Source of the DNA: Rhina ancylostomus
Taxonomy: Eukaryota
Direction: 5' to 3'
Length of the DNA: 64,000 bases
NCBI GenBank assembly: GCA_030265395.1
Contig: JARFYF010000017.1
Span: 14,086,374-14,150,373 of the forward strand
The notes below the pieces were generated by a model. It was not told the DNA's origin and ran no database searches. It worked only from the letters and a program-made list of their open reading frames with translations. This document shows positions 11,963 to 25,199 of the stretch, in pieces; position 1 is the stretch's first letter; each line of letters starts with the position of its first letter. A program made the translations under genes and the position numbers.

Positions 11963-14010
11963 CTGTTTCCAGAAGATGTGACGAATTACAATTAACAACA
12001 ACCGGAAACATGGATGCTTTATTATATCTCCCACATTTTCAACTCTTTGTGCTCCCTTGCAGTACATTAACCTTTTTACCCACATAAATCTCCTATCCCA
12101 TTACATCTTAAAAAATCTGGATTACACAAGGGATTATGTTTCACTGTCGTATTTTGAACAGAGGTTGAAGCTATAAAATTGGAGTACACAGGCACTTAAT
12201 TTTTCCATCTGCAGCAAGCAATATTAATTACTTGAAAAAGCGCATTCAAGAAGTGCATACTCTAGAAATTAATATTGATAAAATAATCTTTTTTGTAAAA
12301 AAAAGATCTATAAATACCAGATGGTATAGTAGATTAGATAATGAATAGCTGATTTTTGGGACTTCAAGCCCAGTCTAGATGTACACACTAAAGGACTTCT
12401 CTATTTATTGCTGGTAAAGACCCCATGGTGATGAGTTGATGTTATGTTCAGATGAACATAACACAGGAATGGCACTTTTAATTCTGCCTTGATTAATCAG
12501 ATAACTCAAAAGACCATTGGATAGTTGGTCAACATCATGCTAATTACAATAGCATTGCAATAGGAGTGCTAGTTTTGAGCCACAATGTTAGGGCAAAGTA
12601 GGGCAAAGACTATTTTATTATTATTTTAACAATTACTATTTTATAACAAGGGCCTTGAAAGGCTTCCACACAGCACATAATCTAGAGAATTACATTAAGA
12701 AATTTATTTGTAGCTGTCACACAGAACATCAAATGAGCTCTGGTCCTCTGTGATTATGCATGTAAACACTCAGTCACAATGGTATCATATGGCGTTCAAC
12801 ATGTTTGGACATTACTCAGTTAAACCTCATTTGTACATGCATTGCCGCAGCACACGCAATTATAAGCAGGCCTTCAACAAGACATACAAGCCCGCAGTTC
12901 TGCATTACTTAATTAGGAGCTGGTTTTCCTGGTCCATCATCATGGAGTTTGATACCTGTCACCTCTTATTGGTGGTGTGCTCCCTTTAAGATTTTAAACA
13001 CAGAGTTCACACTCAACCCAACTACCACCCTACTAATAGGTCTCCTTTGTCCCCTACCAAATTAAGGCCCAAATCTATCCCCAAACCCCCATTTTTCCAT
13101 CCAAAAAACTCAATGCTATCACCCTCCCGACATCCTGCCCTGATGGATGTAGTCTCTATTTCCCCACCGCCACCACCCCTGCGCATCCCCTCCCCCCTCC
13201 AAACAGAATTCCAAACTTCACCCTGCCTACAGACATGATGCCTCCTGAGGCCCTTTCTAATGCAATCCCCAGCCCACTACTTGCAACATACCTACATTCC
13301 TCTGCTCACTTTATTAAGGCAGAACGAGTGTGGGAAAGGCTTTTGTCTAAGTTTAGTTTACAGGATCATTTCTAATAGACTCAAATGACATGAGCATCTT
13401 GGCCAAGATCAATTTCTAGGCAGTCATCTGCAAATCCTTAGTAAATGGCATACTTCTTCTCGAAAGCAAAGGTCTCCTTCTACATTGTAAATATCTAAGA
13501 TTCCATAAAGATAATGGTGGCCCAAATATTCAACCTTTGTATCCTGGACATTAAAGGAGTTTGAAACAAAAATTAAATCAAAAAGCAGATGTGACATTGT
13601 AAGCAATCGGTACAAAGACAGGATAGCTTTAAGTATTACTTGAAACTGGCTACTTGCACATGTAAGTGACCAAGACACTCAAATGTAAATATGTGAAACC
13701 TTCAATTACTGTGTAAAGGTTTTTAAATAGAAAAACTTTTCTTTTAGTGTTTATTTTTTGTTGAAATTGTTTGGGTTAACAGACAGCACTCTACTAATCC
13801 AGGAAATTTAATGAATCAGCTTACTGACATCATCGACTTTGACCATCTTACACAAGCTTATGATTATTTATTCACAGTAGCGTGTTGCCAACAGATTCAC
13901 ATTCAGCCTGTCTGAATTACCAAGCAAAACAAATGCAGCTTGCTAATAATTTACCTCAGTCAAAATTGCCTAACCTGAACCTAAAGAGAGAACTTCAACC
14001 TTCACTTTAC

Positions 14011-14114
14011 CTTGAAATTAGGAATTCTGTGATAAACTGGTCTTGGGAAGTTTGCCAAATTGTTTTCCTCCATATAATCCCAAACCTTCTGCCGAATGTC
14101 CCACTTGGTGACAC
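14011..14114 (-). CDS. MTHFSD: MTHFSD coding exon 2 ((G)[34 protein letters not shown])
   Basis: Acceptor ttcctag|GT and donor AAG|gtaaag; 104 nt. The translation matches the MTHFSD N-terminal motif FPRPVxHRIPNFK. Confidence 0.95.
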
Positions 14115-15814
14115 CTAGGAAGAATTTAAAAAAACAATTAGGCTCTTAGATGGGCACATGAATGTGCAGAGAATGAGGGCTCTGGACAATGTGTAAGCAG
14201 AAGGGATTAGTTAGGCATTTAATTAATTTGGTGCAACATCGTGGGCCAAGGGGCCCGTTCCTATGCTGTACTGTTCTATGTTCTACGTTAATTCTTGGCC
14301 CAAGAAATCATTCCAAATTTACAATTTTCTTATTTTTTTAATCAACTGAACGAACAAAATGATCAAAATTTGTTACACGAAGAACTCATATATATTCCTT
14401 CAGAGGAGAGGCAGAATGTCAATATTAACAAGAGGAAATTATTTTTATGATCCACATAATTAATTTATCTGCTTGAAAAATGAACTTAATTATTTGTTTT
14501 TATTTCTGAAACTGGCATTTTTTTTATTTGACCATGAAAGCCAATCAACCATGACTAATGCAGCTAGTTGAACAGTCATAATCTTTTGAATTTTCTTGCC
14601 AAGAGGGTGGAGCACCAGCTGTTCAGTACACTTANNNNNNNNNNNNNNNNNNNNNNNNNNNNNNNNNNNNNNNNNNNNNNNNNNNNNNNNNNNNNNNNNN
14701 NNNNNNNNNNNNNNNNNNNNNNNNNNNNNNNNNNCTTAAATAAAATACCCTTTATATACCCACTGCTTAGGTTTTTCTTCAGCTCTGTAGATGTGACAAT
14801 TAGGTATTTATATCCTTACATGACCAATGCACTCTTTCCCTGCACCATTCCAACCGCAATGGTATTTTTGAGTTTGTTTTTTTTTTAAAACTTCGTTCAT
14901 CACACATTTAATATAAAATCACAGTCCACTGAATGCCGTTAAAGGCTGCAAATCAATAGCAGAATCTGCTACCATCCACACCATTTGACTGAGGACCTAG
15001 TAATGTACTTGTGCATAACATTCAGCTATTAGAAACATATAGTTTGACAAATTGTTGTTGAAGCATTAGAAATACTCATCTTTTTCCTACAGGTAATTTT
15101 ATTTCTCTTTTATTTAAACATTCCACTACTTTTTGTTACTGACTGGTGATTTCACTATCCCCTTTCACCTGGCTCCACCATCATTTTTGTTATTTGCTCT
15201 CTCCAGACAAGTCCTATTGGACCTTTTTTGTTTCCTTCTGTTCTCACCACTTCCTTCATGGCTGAAAATCTGTTTTTCTTTGAACCAGTTCTGATAATTG
15301 GCTATTGACCTGAAACATTAACTCAGTTTCTCTCAACACAGATTCTGCCCAAACTTATGAATATTTCTAATGATTTCTGTTTTATTTCAGATTCACAATT
15401 TCTACTTACTTTGCTTTAAACTTCATAAGTCCGTAAGTTTATACCACATTTTTCACATCTGTATAGTGGTAAACAAATTAAATATGGAGCAGAATCTTTG
15501 TTCTTTATTAATTAGTAATTCAAAAATCAGCAAATATATTATCCCCACAGAGACNNNNNNNNNNNNNNNNNNNNNNAGTTACTGAGAAAAACAAACTAAT
15601 CAGGGAAAGTCACCATCATTTTGTGAAATGATTATATTCGAGTTCTTTGAAGTAACAAGCATGGGGGATAAACTGTGGATAAACATAACTTGGATTTCCA
15701 TGAGGCATTTGATAAGCTGCTGCATCAAAATCACGACGTGGGAGTAATCATATTGGTTTAGATAGAAGATTGGCTGGTTAACAGGGAACAGTAAATGGGT
15801 CCAACTCGGGAGAT

Positions 15815-16650
15815 GCAAAACCTGTTCTTCCCCTTCTCTCTTCCCACCATCCAGGGCTCCAAGCAGTCCTTTGAGGTAAAATATTGATTCCCTTGCAATT
15901 CTCAATCTATTGCACTGTATTTGGTGCTTACAACATGGTCTCTACATTGAGGAAAACAAATGCAGATTAAGTGACCACTTTTCAGAGCACCTGCGTTCAG
16001 TCTGCAGGGGCGATCATGAACTTCTATTTCCCTTTCATTTTGATTCTCCATCCCACTCTCTCACTGACATCACTATCTGTAACATCCTGCACTGTTCCAA
16101 CAAGGCCCAAAGCTTGAGAAATAGCACCTCATCTTCCATCTGGGTACATTGCAGCCCACAGGGCTCAATGTCAAACTTGACAATTTCAGGTAACTCACAT
16201 TGTCTCTGTTTCAGAACTGATCAGTTCTGCTGTAAGGTCATCCATTTATAATATCCATTCAATTTTGCTTCTCCCCACAAACACTGCTCAATCTCCCAGG
16301 CATTTCCAACATCTTCCTTTTGGTTTCAATTCTCTCCAACAGCTCTGAACTGCATTTTGCAGCTTTTACATGTCTCTTTGCTTGTTCTCTCTCTCTCTCT
16401 TTTATTTTACCAACCAGACAGCTTCATAAACAGCACATCACCATGCCAAACCCGCAGATATTCCCTTTATCCTATCCATCCCTTCCCAACCAACCTTTTG
16501 ACAACTTGTTTTCTCACTTTTCTAGTTCTGATGGTCTTCAACCCAAAAAGTTTCACTGCTTCTCTTTCCATGGATACTTTCTGACTTGCTGAGCACTTCA
16601 AGTATTTTCTGTTTTATTTTAGATTTCCACCATCTGCAGCTTATTTAGTT
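15815..16650 (+). mobile_element. Penelope-like element remnant (GIY-YIG endonuclease fragment plus terminal repeat)
   Basis: HCIWCLQHGLYIEENKCRLSDHFSEHLRSV resembles the Penelope YCIxCxxCxxxYIGET motif. A terminal repeat follows at about 16520-16640. Confidence 0.8.
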
Positions 16651-16914
16651 TTCCATAATTTTGTTTTCAGTTAAGGTGAATTTTTCTAAGGGTTGTGAAC
16701 CTTTAGAACTCCCATCCTCAAAGGGCAGTGGAAGCAGAGTCCACGCATATTTTTAGGGCAGAGGGAGTATGTAGTAGATAAGCAAAGGGGAGAAAGGTTA
16801 CCGGGTGTAGGCAAGGATGTGAAGCTGAGATTATAATTGGATCAGCCCTGACATTACTGAATGGAAGAGCAGGTTTGAGGGACTGAGTGGCCTATTCCTG
16901 CTCTTACAAATTCC

Positions 16915-17035
16915 GATGGATGTACGGTGGAGAGCATCCTGACTGGTTGCTTCACCGCCTGGTACGGAGACTCCAATGCACAGGATCGCAAGAGGCTGCA
17001 GAGGGTTGCAGACTCAGCCAGCTCCATCACGGGCA
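16915..17035 (+). mobile_element. Rex1/Babar-type LINE fragment running into a gap
   Basis: ESILTGCFTAWYGDSNAQDRKRLQRV peptide. Confidence 0.75.
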
Positions 17036-19389
17036 NNNNNNNNNNNNNNNNNNNNNNNNNNNNNNNNNNNNNNNNNNNNNNNNNNNNNNNNNNNNNNNNN
17101 NNNNNNNNNNNNNNNNNNNNNNNNNNNNNNNNNNNNNNNNNNNNNNNNNNNNNNNNNNNNNNNNNNNNNNNNNNNNNNNNNNNNNNNNNNNNNNNNNNNN
17201 NNNNNNNNNNNNNNNNNNNNNNNNNNNNNNNNNNNNNNNNNNNNNNNNNNNNNNNNNNNNNNNNCCTTGGTGGGGGGGGGGGGTGGAATAGATTTGTGAA
17301 AAACAAGGGGATGAAAGGTTACCCTGTATAGACAAGAATGCAGAGTCAAGGTTAAAAAAATCATGACCTATTTCAATGGTAAAGCAAGCTTGTGACCTAT
17401 TCCTACTCCATTGTTTGTATGATCCATAGCTATGGCATCTCTTTCCAACCTTGTATCTTAATGTCTGTGATCTTCAGATACTTCATTGGCTCAATTTGCA
17501 AGCCTGGGAGTCTTTATTTTAATCCACACACGTGGTGAAAACTTCTTAGAATATTTCAACCTTCCATATCAAAAACATGTATTTATTACCTCTTTCTGCA
17601 TTCCAAATTGTTTTGGCAAGATTTAATGCAGTAAATTGTTCAAAGTAGTTCTTAATAAGAAGTACAAATTCAGACCGTTGCCTGCAACATGCAGCCATAA
17701 TCCCTGCGTTTAAAAAATGTCCAGTGTAGCCAATGCTTTGATTTACCATTAATATCCAGCACTTTTATTGCTGTACATAAATATTTTAAAGTATCGTATT
17801 GCTCAACAAAGCTATCATACATCAAGAAAACAAAACACAACAAATGAGGCATGTCTGACTTTAATAAGGTTGCATACTTAAGACTATGGCTCATAAAAAC
17901 AAGCCTATCTTAAAAAAAGTTAAACAGAAATAGCACTGGCAATAGAATCTATGACAGGTAAAATGTTTTGTTCTTTTCTGATGTCCACTGTTCACAACTC
18001 AACTTAAATTCACCAAACCAACGTCTTAAATGGACAGCTTCCCATAACCCTGGTGCTAGCCAAGTGTACCTTGTGAACCCTGCTGCAAAATAAAGTTCAA
18101 AAGGGAACTGGATTTATAACTGAAAAACAAAAATGGCAGGCCCATGGACAAAGAGCAGAAGATTTTGTTTTTGGTGAAAGAGGATGTGGGACTAATTGGA
18201 ATAGTCTTTGAAGACTGTTGAGATGGACAGAAGGCCTCCTTCTGTGCTACATGATTTTATGCTGGGTGCCTGTTAAACACGAGCTCCCCATATTGTTAAT
18301 GTAGAACATAGAAAACCTACAGCACAATTCAGGCCCTTCAGCCCACAAAGCTGTGCCGAACATGTCCCTAACCTAGAAATTACTAGGCNNNNNNNNNNNN
18401 NNNNNNNNNNNNNNNNNNNNNNNNNNNNNNNNNNNNNNNNNNNNNNNNNNNNNNNNNNNNNNNNNNNNNNNNNNNNNNNNNNNNNNNNNNNNNNNNNNNN
18501 NNNNNNNNNNNNNNNNNNNNNNNNNNNNNNNNNNNNNNNNNNNNNNNNNNNNNNNNNNNNNNNNNNNNNNNNNNNNNNNNNNNNNNNNNNNNNNNNNNNN
18601 NNNNNNNNNNNNNNNNNNNNNNNNNNNNNNNNNNNNNNNNNNNNNNNNNNNNNNNNNNNNNNNNNNNNNNNNNNNNNNNNNNNNNNNNNNNNNNNNNNNN
18701 NNNNNNNNNNNNNNNNNNNNNNNTTTAACTTAAGGGTTAAAATGATCAGTAACGTGTGATATATAATTTGAAATGACTGAATTCAGAACTGTTGATTCTC
18801 TATATCTTTGATACCAGATCTTGAGGCATTGCTTATGGGTTGTGTCTTTCTTCTCTCCTGAGAATATCAAAGCATAAACAAAATGGCACTTAGATTTCAA
18901 TGACAACTAATTTCTGTCATGTACTAGATATCGTTTTATAATTTTTTTTAAACTGCAAGTGTTAAGTGCTGCTGTGGTATTCATTTCAGCTGAAGGGGGT
19001 TGGCAGCAGCAATATGACTTGGCTGGTGATGAGAGGCATCTGTTGAAATTTAAGATAGACCGCCCCTCTGCAGTAAACAAAATAGATTCTCAACACAATT
19101 TAGCAGGACAATAACAACTATAAAGCTGAAACAAATTATTGGACTAGCATGTAGGTGTCTCTAGTGTAGGTAAATGTTAGTTAGCTCCAGTACCAATGGT
19201 TGTGTGCATGACAGAACAAATCAGATTATCTCTGTTAACAAAAAACAGAAACTGCTGGAAGCACTCAAAAAATCAAACAGCAACCGTGCAGAGAGAAACA
19301 GAGTTCACCATTCAGGTCAAGGTTCCTTCATAGGAACTGGACATGTTCTGAATCAGCACATTCTGAACCCATACCCATGCATTGGTCAA

Positions 19390-19610
19390 TTGGTTTATTA
19401 TTGTCACATGTACCGAGGTACAGTGAAAAACTTTGCTTTGCATGCCATCCACACAGATCATTTTGTTGCAAAACTGAGGTTGTAATTATTGAGATCATAC
19501 AAGGGAAAACAACAGAATGCAGAATAAGGTGTTACAGTTACAGAGAAAAGGCAGTGCAGGCAGACAGTAAGGTGCAAGGCCATAATGAGGTAGATTGTGA
19601 GGTCAAGTGC
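19390..19610 (-). mobile_element. LINE 3' end fragment (Rex1/Babar-like)
   Basis: tttattattgtcacatgtaccgaggtacagtgaaaa is shared with the copy at about 28100, which is linked to RT C-terminal sequence. Confidence 0.6.
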
Positions 19611-20099
19611 ATTGATCATCAAAGGCATTGAGAAAAAGGCTTTTAACACCACCTGAGAAAACTACGGCAGTAGCCTCAGCTTACAATATCCCAGGCCTAA
19701 ATTCCACTTTGCAGAATGGCTGCAGCAGTGATGCCTCAAGGCTGTTGAGAGCCACATGGCCGTTGAGAGCACATGGCCAGAAGTTAATATGGTTCCAGGA
19801 CTAGCACAGGGAAACAGAGGTGGAGGTCAGGCCCAGCACCATCCAGTCCTTTGGGGCACAAGACTAGTATACTGGAGACACAAGAGACTGCAGATGCTGG
19901 AATATGGAACAAAAAACAATGCTGGAGGAACTTAGCAGATCTAAAGCATCCATAGAGGAAAATGGAAAGTCAACATTTCAGGTCAAGACCCTTCATCTGG
20001 ACTCAGATTAGTACATTCATAGGAGTTTTAAAGAAACACAAATTTACAAAGTGATTTAATCTTTAACAAATTTTGTTGACGTGCACTGTCCATTAAAGG

Positions 20100-20480
20100 T
20101 AAGGTATCTTTATTAGTCACATGTACATCAAAAAAGAGTGAAATGCATCTTTTGAGTAGAGTGTTCTGGGGCCAGCCCGCAAGTGTCACCACGCTTCCGG
20201 CGCCAACATAGCATNNNNNNNNNNNNNNNNNNNNNNNNNNNNNNNNNNNNNNNNNNNNNNNNNNNNNNNNNNNNNNNNNNNNNNNNNNNNNNNNNNNNNN
20301 NNNNNNNNNNNNNNACGCCCACAACTTCCTAACCCGTACGTCTTTGGAATGTGGGAGGAAACCAGAGCACCCGGAGGAAACCCACGCAGATACAAAGAGA
20401 ACGTACAAACTCCTTACAGACAGAATTGAACCCAGGTCGCTGGCGCTGTAAAGTGGCTAACCACTTTACTACCATGCCTG
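20100..20480 (-). mobile_element. tRNA-derived V-SINE (HE1-like)
   Basis: A/B-box-like head (gtggttagc...gggttcaattc) and V-domain-like tgcgtgggtttcctccgggtgctctggtttcctcccaca. Confidence 0.8.
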
Positions 20481-22589
20481 CCCAATAACTTAACCCTCAA
20501 GTAAAGGCACAGATGATAAATGAGTTTTAATATCTTATATGGAACAAAATATCTGCTGAAATATAAATTTGTTTCTCTCACCACAGATGCTGTCTGACAT
20601 GCTGAGCATTTTCCACTTCTATTTTGGATTTCTATCATTTTCAGTTTTTATGATTCTGCTTAGCCTACTAATAAAGTGTAATAGTTCAAGCAGAAGATGT
20701 GTGCTGAAACATTATCTTTGTGTCTCTTCCCACAGAGGCAGCTGGCTTATTCAGGATTTCCAACACTTACTCCACAGCTGCTGTCTGATCTGTTGCGTTC
20801 ATCCAGAATAATCATTTTATTTTAACTGCCTTTTGCTTTTGTATAACAGCTACTGTTTCTGGGCTGAAATTGTACAAGTCATCTTTCTCCCACAAATATT
20901 TTCTTCATATTAGTTACAGGTATAGACAGAAAAAATATTCCTTTTCAATAATTTTAAAAGATAAAACAAACAAACTCAGTGATTCCTGAAAGCTTTGAAT
21001 TGTCCTTGGGAGAAATAAGCTTGATGACTAAAAGGATAAAATTCCAAAAATATTACCCAGCTATGGGGTGCATCAACAGTGAAGGGACAACGGCAGGGTA
21101 GCTGGTGGAACAGGTCTACTTTCCAATGATGATTGCCAAACAGGCAACAGAGAATTGTGTAGCACAGAAAGAGGCCCTTCTACCCACCCCCTCAAATGCC
21201 AGCTCAAAAGTACTAACTGGTTCCACTTCCCTGCTCTTTGCCCTCCATTTTTGTTTTTTATCCAAGTACACATGTGCTTCCATTTTGAACCCTGCATTTG
21301 AAAACCCTTCCACTAGTCATTAACCAAACATCTTCAAGATCACGACAATTCACTTCATCAAGACACATCCACATCTTCTCATCTAACTCCTGATTCATCT
21401 TCCAATCCAATCACTAACTGGTGTCCTCTAGTTAGTTATCTTCTTCTCAGTTTCTCCCTACGTAGGTCATCAAAACACAACGTAAGTAACTCTCCTGTTT
21501 ACTTTCACTGCTTTAAAGTGATCATTTCCAATATTTCTCATATTTCCTTACAACACAGCAGTCCATTGTCTATCAATCTATGCTGCTCTCAGTGCGCGAT
21601 TCTATTCCCTCATTCATTTCCCTGTAATCATTTCCCTCAGGCCCTTCAACTCTGATTTTCCTACCACCCACCACTAGCAATAATTTATAGTGACTAATTA
21701 ATCAAACAACCAGCACATCTTTGAGATGCACAAGGAAACTCCCACAATTGAAACAAGGTTATTGAAGCAGTGAGGCAGCAGCACCATTGTGCCACTCTTC
21801 CACTTCAGGAAGATGAATTAAAATGCACTCATTATCTAAATAAAGCAGGAATTAAGTGTTCTCGTGCATGAAACACGAAAAGTTAGCAAGCGGATGCAGT
21901 AAGTAGTCATGAACCAAATGGCATATTGACATTTATTGCAATAGGGTTGGAGTTTAAAAGTACAGAAATATTGTTACAATTGTACAGGATGTCAGTGAGG
22001 CACACCTGGAATACTGTGCAGTTTTGACTGCTTTAAGAAAGAATACACTAGGATTTAGTGTTCCCACCAAAATGATTGTACTGCTTTTAGGATAATAGCT
22101 CCAGCAGTCTCTTATCAATACTTTGATATTAGCAGCATAAAACACATGGTTGGGCAAGGCAGCATAAGAGTTTGGGGGAAGTTATAGCACTAACAGACTT
22201 AACCCTAGTTCAAGAAAATCCACTGATTCTGCACATGCTATCTTGAAATAATAAAGGTGAATTTCTGTCAGCTGGCTTGTTAAAGGTGTTTCTTTAAACT
22301 GCATGTGTATAGACAGGTTTTTAAATTCCATAAGTATTGTTTATTAAGATGGTTACTAATAAAAACATTGAACCATATCTCAGTTCTGTTTACTCAATAT
22401 TCATTTCAGTAATTTAAAACTCACAATGAACAAGATATGCATTAAAATGCTCAAAGTATTGTGATAAATTCATTTTCAGCTGTTAATGAAACTGCTGATT
22501 TGTGTTATTATATAGCTTTGGACACCGATTCATGTAAAATTTCAAGCTTGCTCTTACAAATACATTGAACAGTAATTAAGCTATCTAAG

Positions 22590-23130
22590 GGCTCAGAAAA
22601 GATTTACAAGGATGATTCCCAGAACGAAAGGGCTTACTTACGATGAGCATTTGTCAGCTCTTGGACTGTATTCATTGGAATACAGAAGAATGAGATGGGA
22701 TCTCAGAAACATTCAGCACTTGGACTGTATTCATTGGAATACAGAAGAATGAGATGGGACCTCAGAAACATTTGGAATGTTGAAAGGACTGGACAGAGTA
22801 GATGTAGTTAAGCTGTTTCCCCTGGTGGGTGAGTCCAGGACTAGAGGGCACNNNNNNNNNNNNNNNNNNNNNNNNNNNNNNNNNNNNNNNNNNNNNNNNN
22901 NNNNNNNNNNNNNNNNNNNNNNNNNNNNNNNNNNNNNNNNNNNNNNNNNNNGCTGTGGAGGCCCAATCATTGGGGGCGTTTAAGGAGGAGATTGATAGGT
23001 ATTAATTAGTCAAGGTATCAAGGGATATGAGGAATAGGCTGGAAATTGGGGCTAGATAGGAATAATATTAGTTTAGCTCATGGAGCAGACTCGATGGACC
23101 AAATGGCCTACTTCGGCTCCTTTGTCTTGC
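22590..23130 (+). mobile_element. CR1-type LINE 3' fragment with an internal 59-bp tandem duplication
   Basis: LKGLDRVDVVKLFPLVGESRTRGH peptide; duplicated unit starting at 22654 and 22713. Confidence 0.8.
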
Positions 23131-23989
23131 GAATTTGTTTTTAAGCTTAATTTGCACACATTTTCTGAACAATGGCCAAAGGGCAGTGGTCTACTACTTA
23201 TTTATAGCACACCTTTAATCACAGAGCACAATATACTTCATAAGAGTGACATCTGACATAGATTTAGACCATGCTCTGTAAAGGAGATACTGGTACACTA
23301 CTATGAGGATTGTCTTAAAGGGGAGAGGAGGGAGAGATAGAGGCAAAGGAATAATTCCAGTTACTGGAACTGAAACAGCTAAATGGCACATCTGCCAAAC
23401 GAGTTGTAAAAATTGAGATAAGCAATCACTCAGAAATAGGATAAGCGTTAAAAGGCCCCTATTATCTCAAGGGCTTTTAAAACTTTTGCAACTTCCTTGT
23501 ACTGTATTTGCAGCTTCAGTCACCATTTGAATGCTCAAATAAACAGCCATTTCTCTGCCCTACTGCGGAGTAATGACACCAGAGAAACACGCTGCAATAA
23601 CCCACAACTTCAGAGTGGTCATGCACTCTCCAGAGTTAATCTGGGACCCACAGTAACGTGTTAAAATCACCGAAAATCCAGAAAGATCCAAATGCAATTT
23701 CCCAATCACTGAAGAGCCCCCCACAGTCTATATGCACACGGGTCATTGTGCCCATGGGCGTCTATGGCCCAGGAGGTATTAGCGTCTTGTCGGTTCGGTC
23801 CATTACTGGGAACCCTCCCGGTTAAAACCTCTCCCCTACAAACAACTCAAGTAGCAAGGGTGGAAGTTAACACACACACACACACACAGCCACACTGAGT
23901 CTTGCTTAAAACAGTCTGGGCCAGTTCAATGGAAAGGTTCCTAAACAGAGAGGGAGATCATTTGCAAAGTGCGATGCAAAACGACGGGG

Positions 23990-24545
23990 CTTTTCAAGAG
24001 ATGATTTTGTTCAATGCACGAAGGTAAATGATACAAACGTTGCAAAGCCCCAACACACAGCGGCCCCATACCAGGCTTTAACTTGATCGCAGGCTCCATG
24101 GGTCTGGGCGCTGAGCTCCCCGGGGCGGCTGCGTGCTCCTGGACAGGGACCGTGCCGGCCGAAGGGTGCCGCGGACACACGGCGGCCGAGGGGGAAGGAA
24201 GCAGTGGGGTGCGACCCGGCTGCAACCTCCAGCTCCGCCCCGGGCCCTGCCTGCACTACGGTGCAGCGGAGAGGCACCACTCGCTCGCTGCTCGTCCCGT
24301 TCCGTCCCGTTCCGTCCCGTCCCTCGCTGCAAGGTTTGCTCAACCCGAAACCGCGCTCTCTCCCTGTGTAACACCAGCCGTTGCGAGCTGCAGCCCCCAA
24401 ACACTGAACCCCGCAATGCTGACATTTTATTAAACAATTGCAAGCCAGTTACGGCGCAGTGGTTAACTGGATCTCTTTACTGTGAGTTGCACACAGCACC
24501 CCGTCGTCCTTTCCGAGTCTGGCTTTATATGGGACTCCGGGTTCT
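23990..24545 (-). promoter_or_regulatory. CpG island / promoter and 5' UTR of MTHFSD
   Basis: The only GC- and CpG-rich patch in the first 50 kb. It surrounds the start codon and contains GC boxes (ctccgccc) and a short (ccgttccgtc)n repeat. Confidence 0.8.
24072..24099 (-). CDS. MTHFSD: MTHFSD coding exon 1 (MEPAIKLKP+G, 28 nt)
   Basis: ATG in good context (cccATGG) inside a CpG island, followed by donor G|gtatgg. Its phase 1 end joins exon 2 in frame. The MEP start matches vertebrate MTHFSD. Confidence 0.8.
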
Positions 24546-24564
24546 TGGGAAGAGCTGGGTCAAT

Positions 24565-24845
24565 CATAGAGTCACACAGCGGGGAAACAGGCCCTTCGCT
24601 CCAACTAGTCCAGGCCAACCAAGTTGCCTGTCTGAGCTCGTTCCATTTGCCTGCGTTTGGCCCATATCCCTCTAAACCTTTCCTATCCATGTACCTATCT
24701 GAAAGCCTTTTAACTGTTGTTAATGTACCTGCCTCAACTACTTCCTCTGACATCTCCTTCAATATATGGGCCACCCTCTCGGTGAAAAAGTTGCCCCTCA
24801 GGTTCCTATTAAATCTCTCCCTTCTCACCTTAACTCTCTGCCCAA
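24565..24845 (-). mobile_element. CR1 LINE 3' end
   Basis: RNLRGNFFTERV...YMDRKGLEGYG peptide and the CR1 tail. Confidence 0.85.
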
Positions 24846-24982
24846 TTGAGTCATACTCGACTCTGCGAGAGCCACGACTCACTGCTCAACCTGCCTATGA
24901 CCCTATACAAAGCTTTATAATGTGTGTCTGTTTCACATGCTCTTACAAAATAAGTAAGATTTAAATTTTTGTACACACCTAC

Positions 24983-25110
24983 GTACATGGATAGGAAAGG
25001 TTTAGAGGGATATGGGCCAGACACAGGCAAATGGGTCTAACTCAGGTAGGCAACTTGGTCAGCATGAATAAGTTGGGCTGAAGGGCCTGTTTCCATGCTG
25101 TATCATTCTT
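24983..25110 (+). mobile_element. CR1 LINE extreme 3' end, inverted relative to the neighbouring copy
   Basis: gtacatggataggaaaggtttagagggatatgggcc...gggctgaagggcctgtttccatgctgta. Confidence 0.8.
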
Positions 25111-25199
25111 ATGAGTCTAAGACTTTGACACCTCTGATTGATTTGGAATTGTTGTGAAATAGTCTGAAAAGCCACCCTTTCTCAGGTACATACATAGAT

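Noticed and set aside
20415-20480. tRNA-like A/B box sequences
   Set aside because: These are SINE heads; no complete cloverleaf is present.
23941-24675. Several 90-180 aa ORFs over the CpG island
   Set aside because: They are by-products of high GC content. Only the 28-nt coding exon is supported by splice phase and homology.
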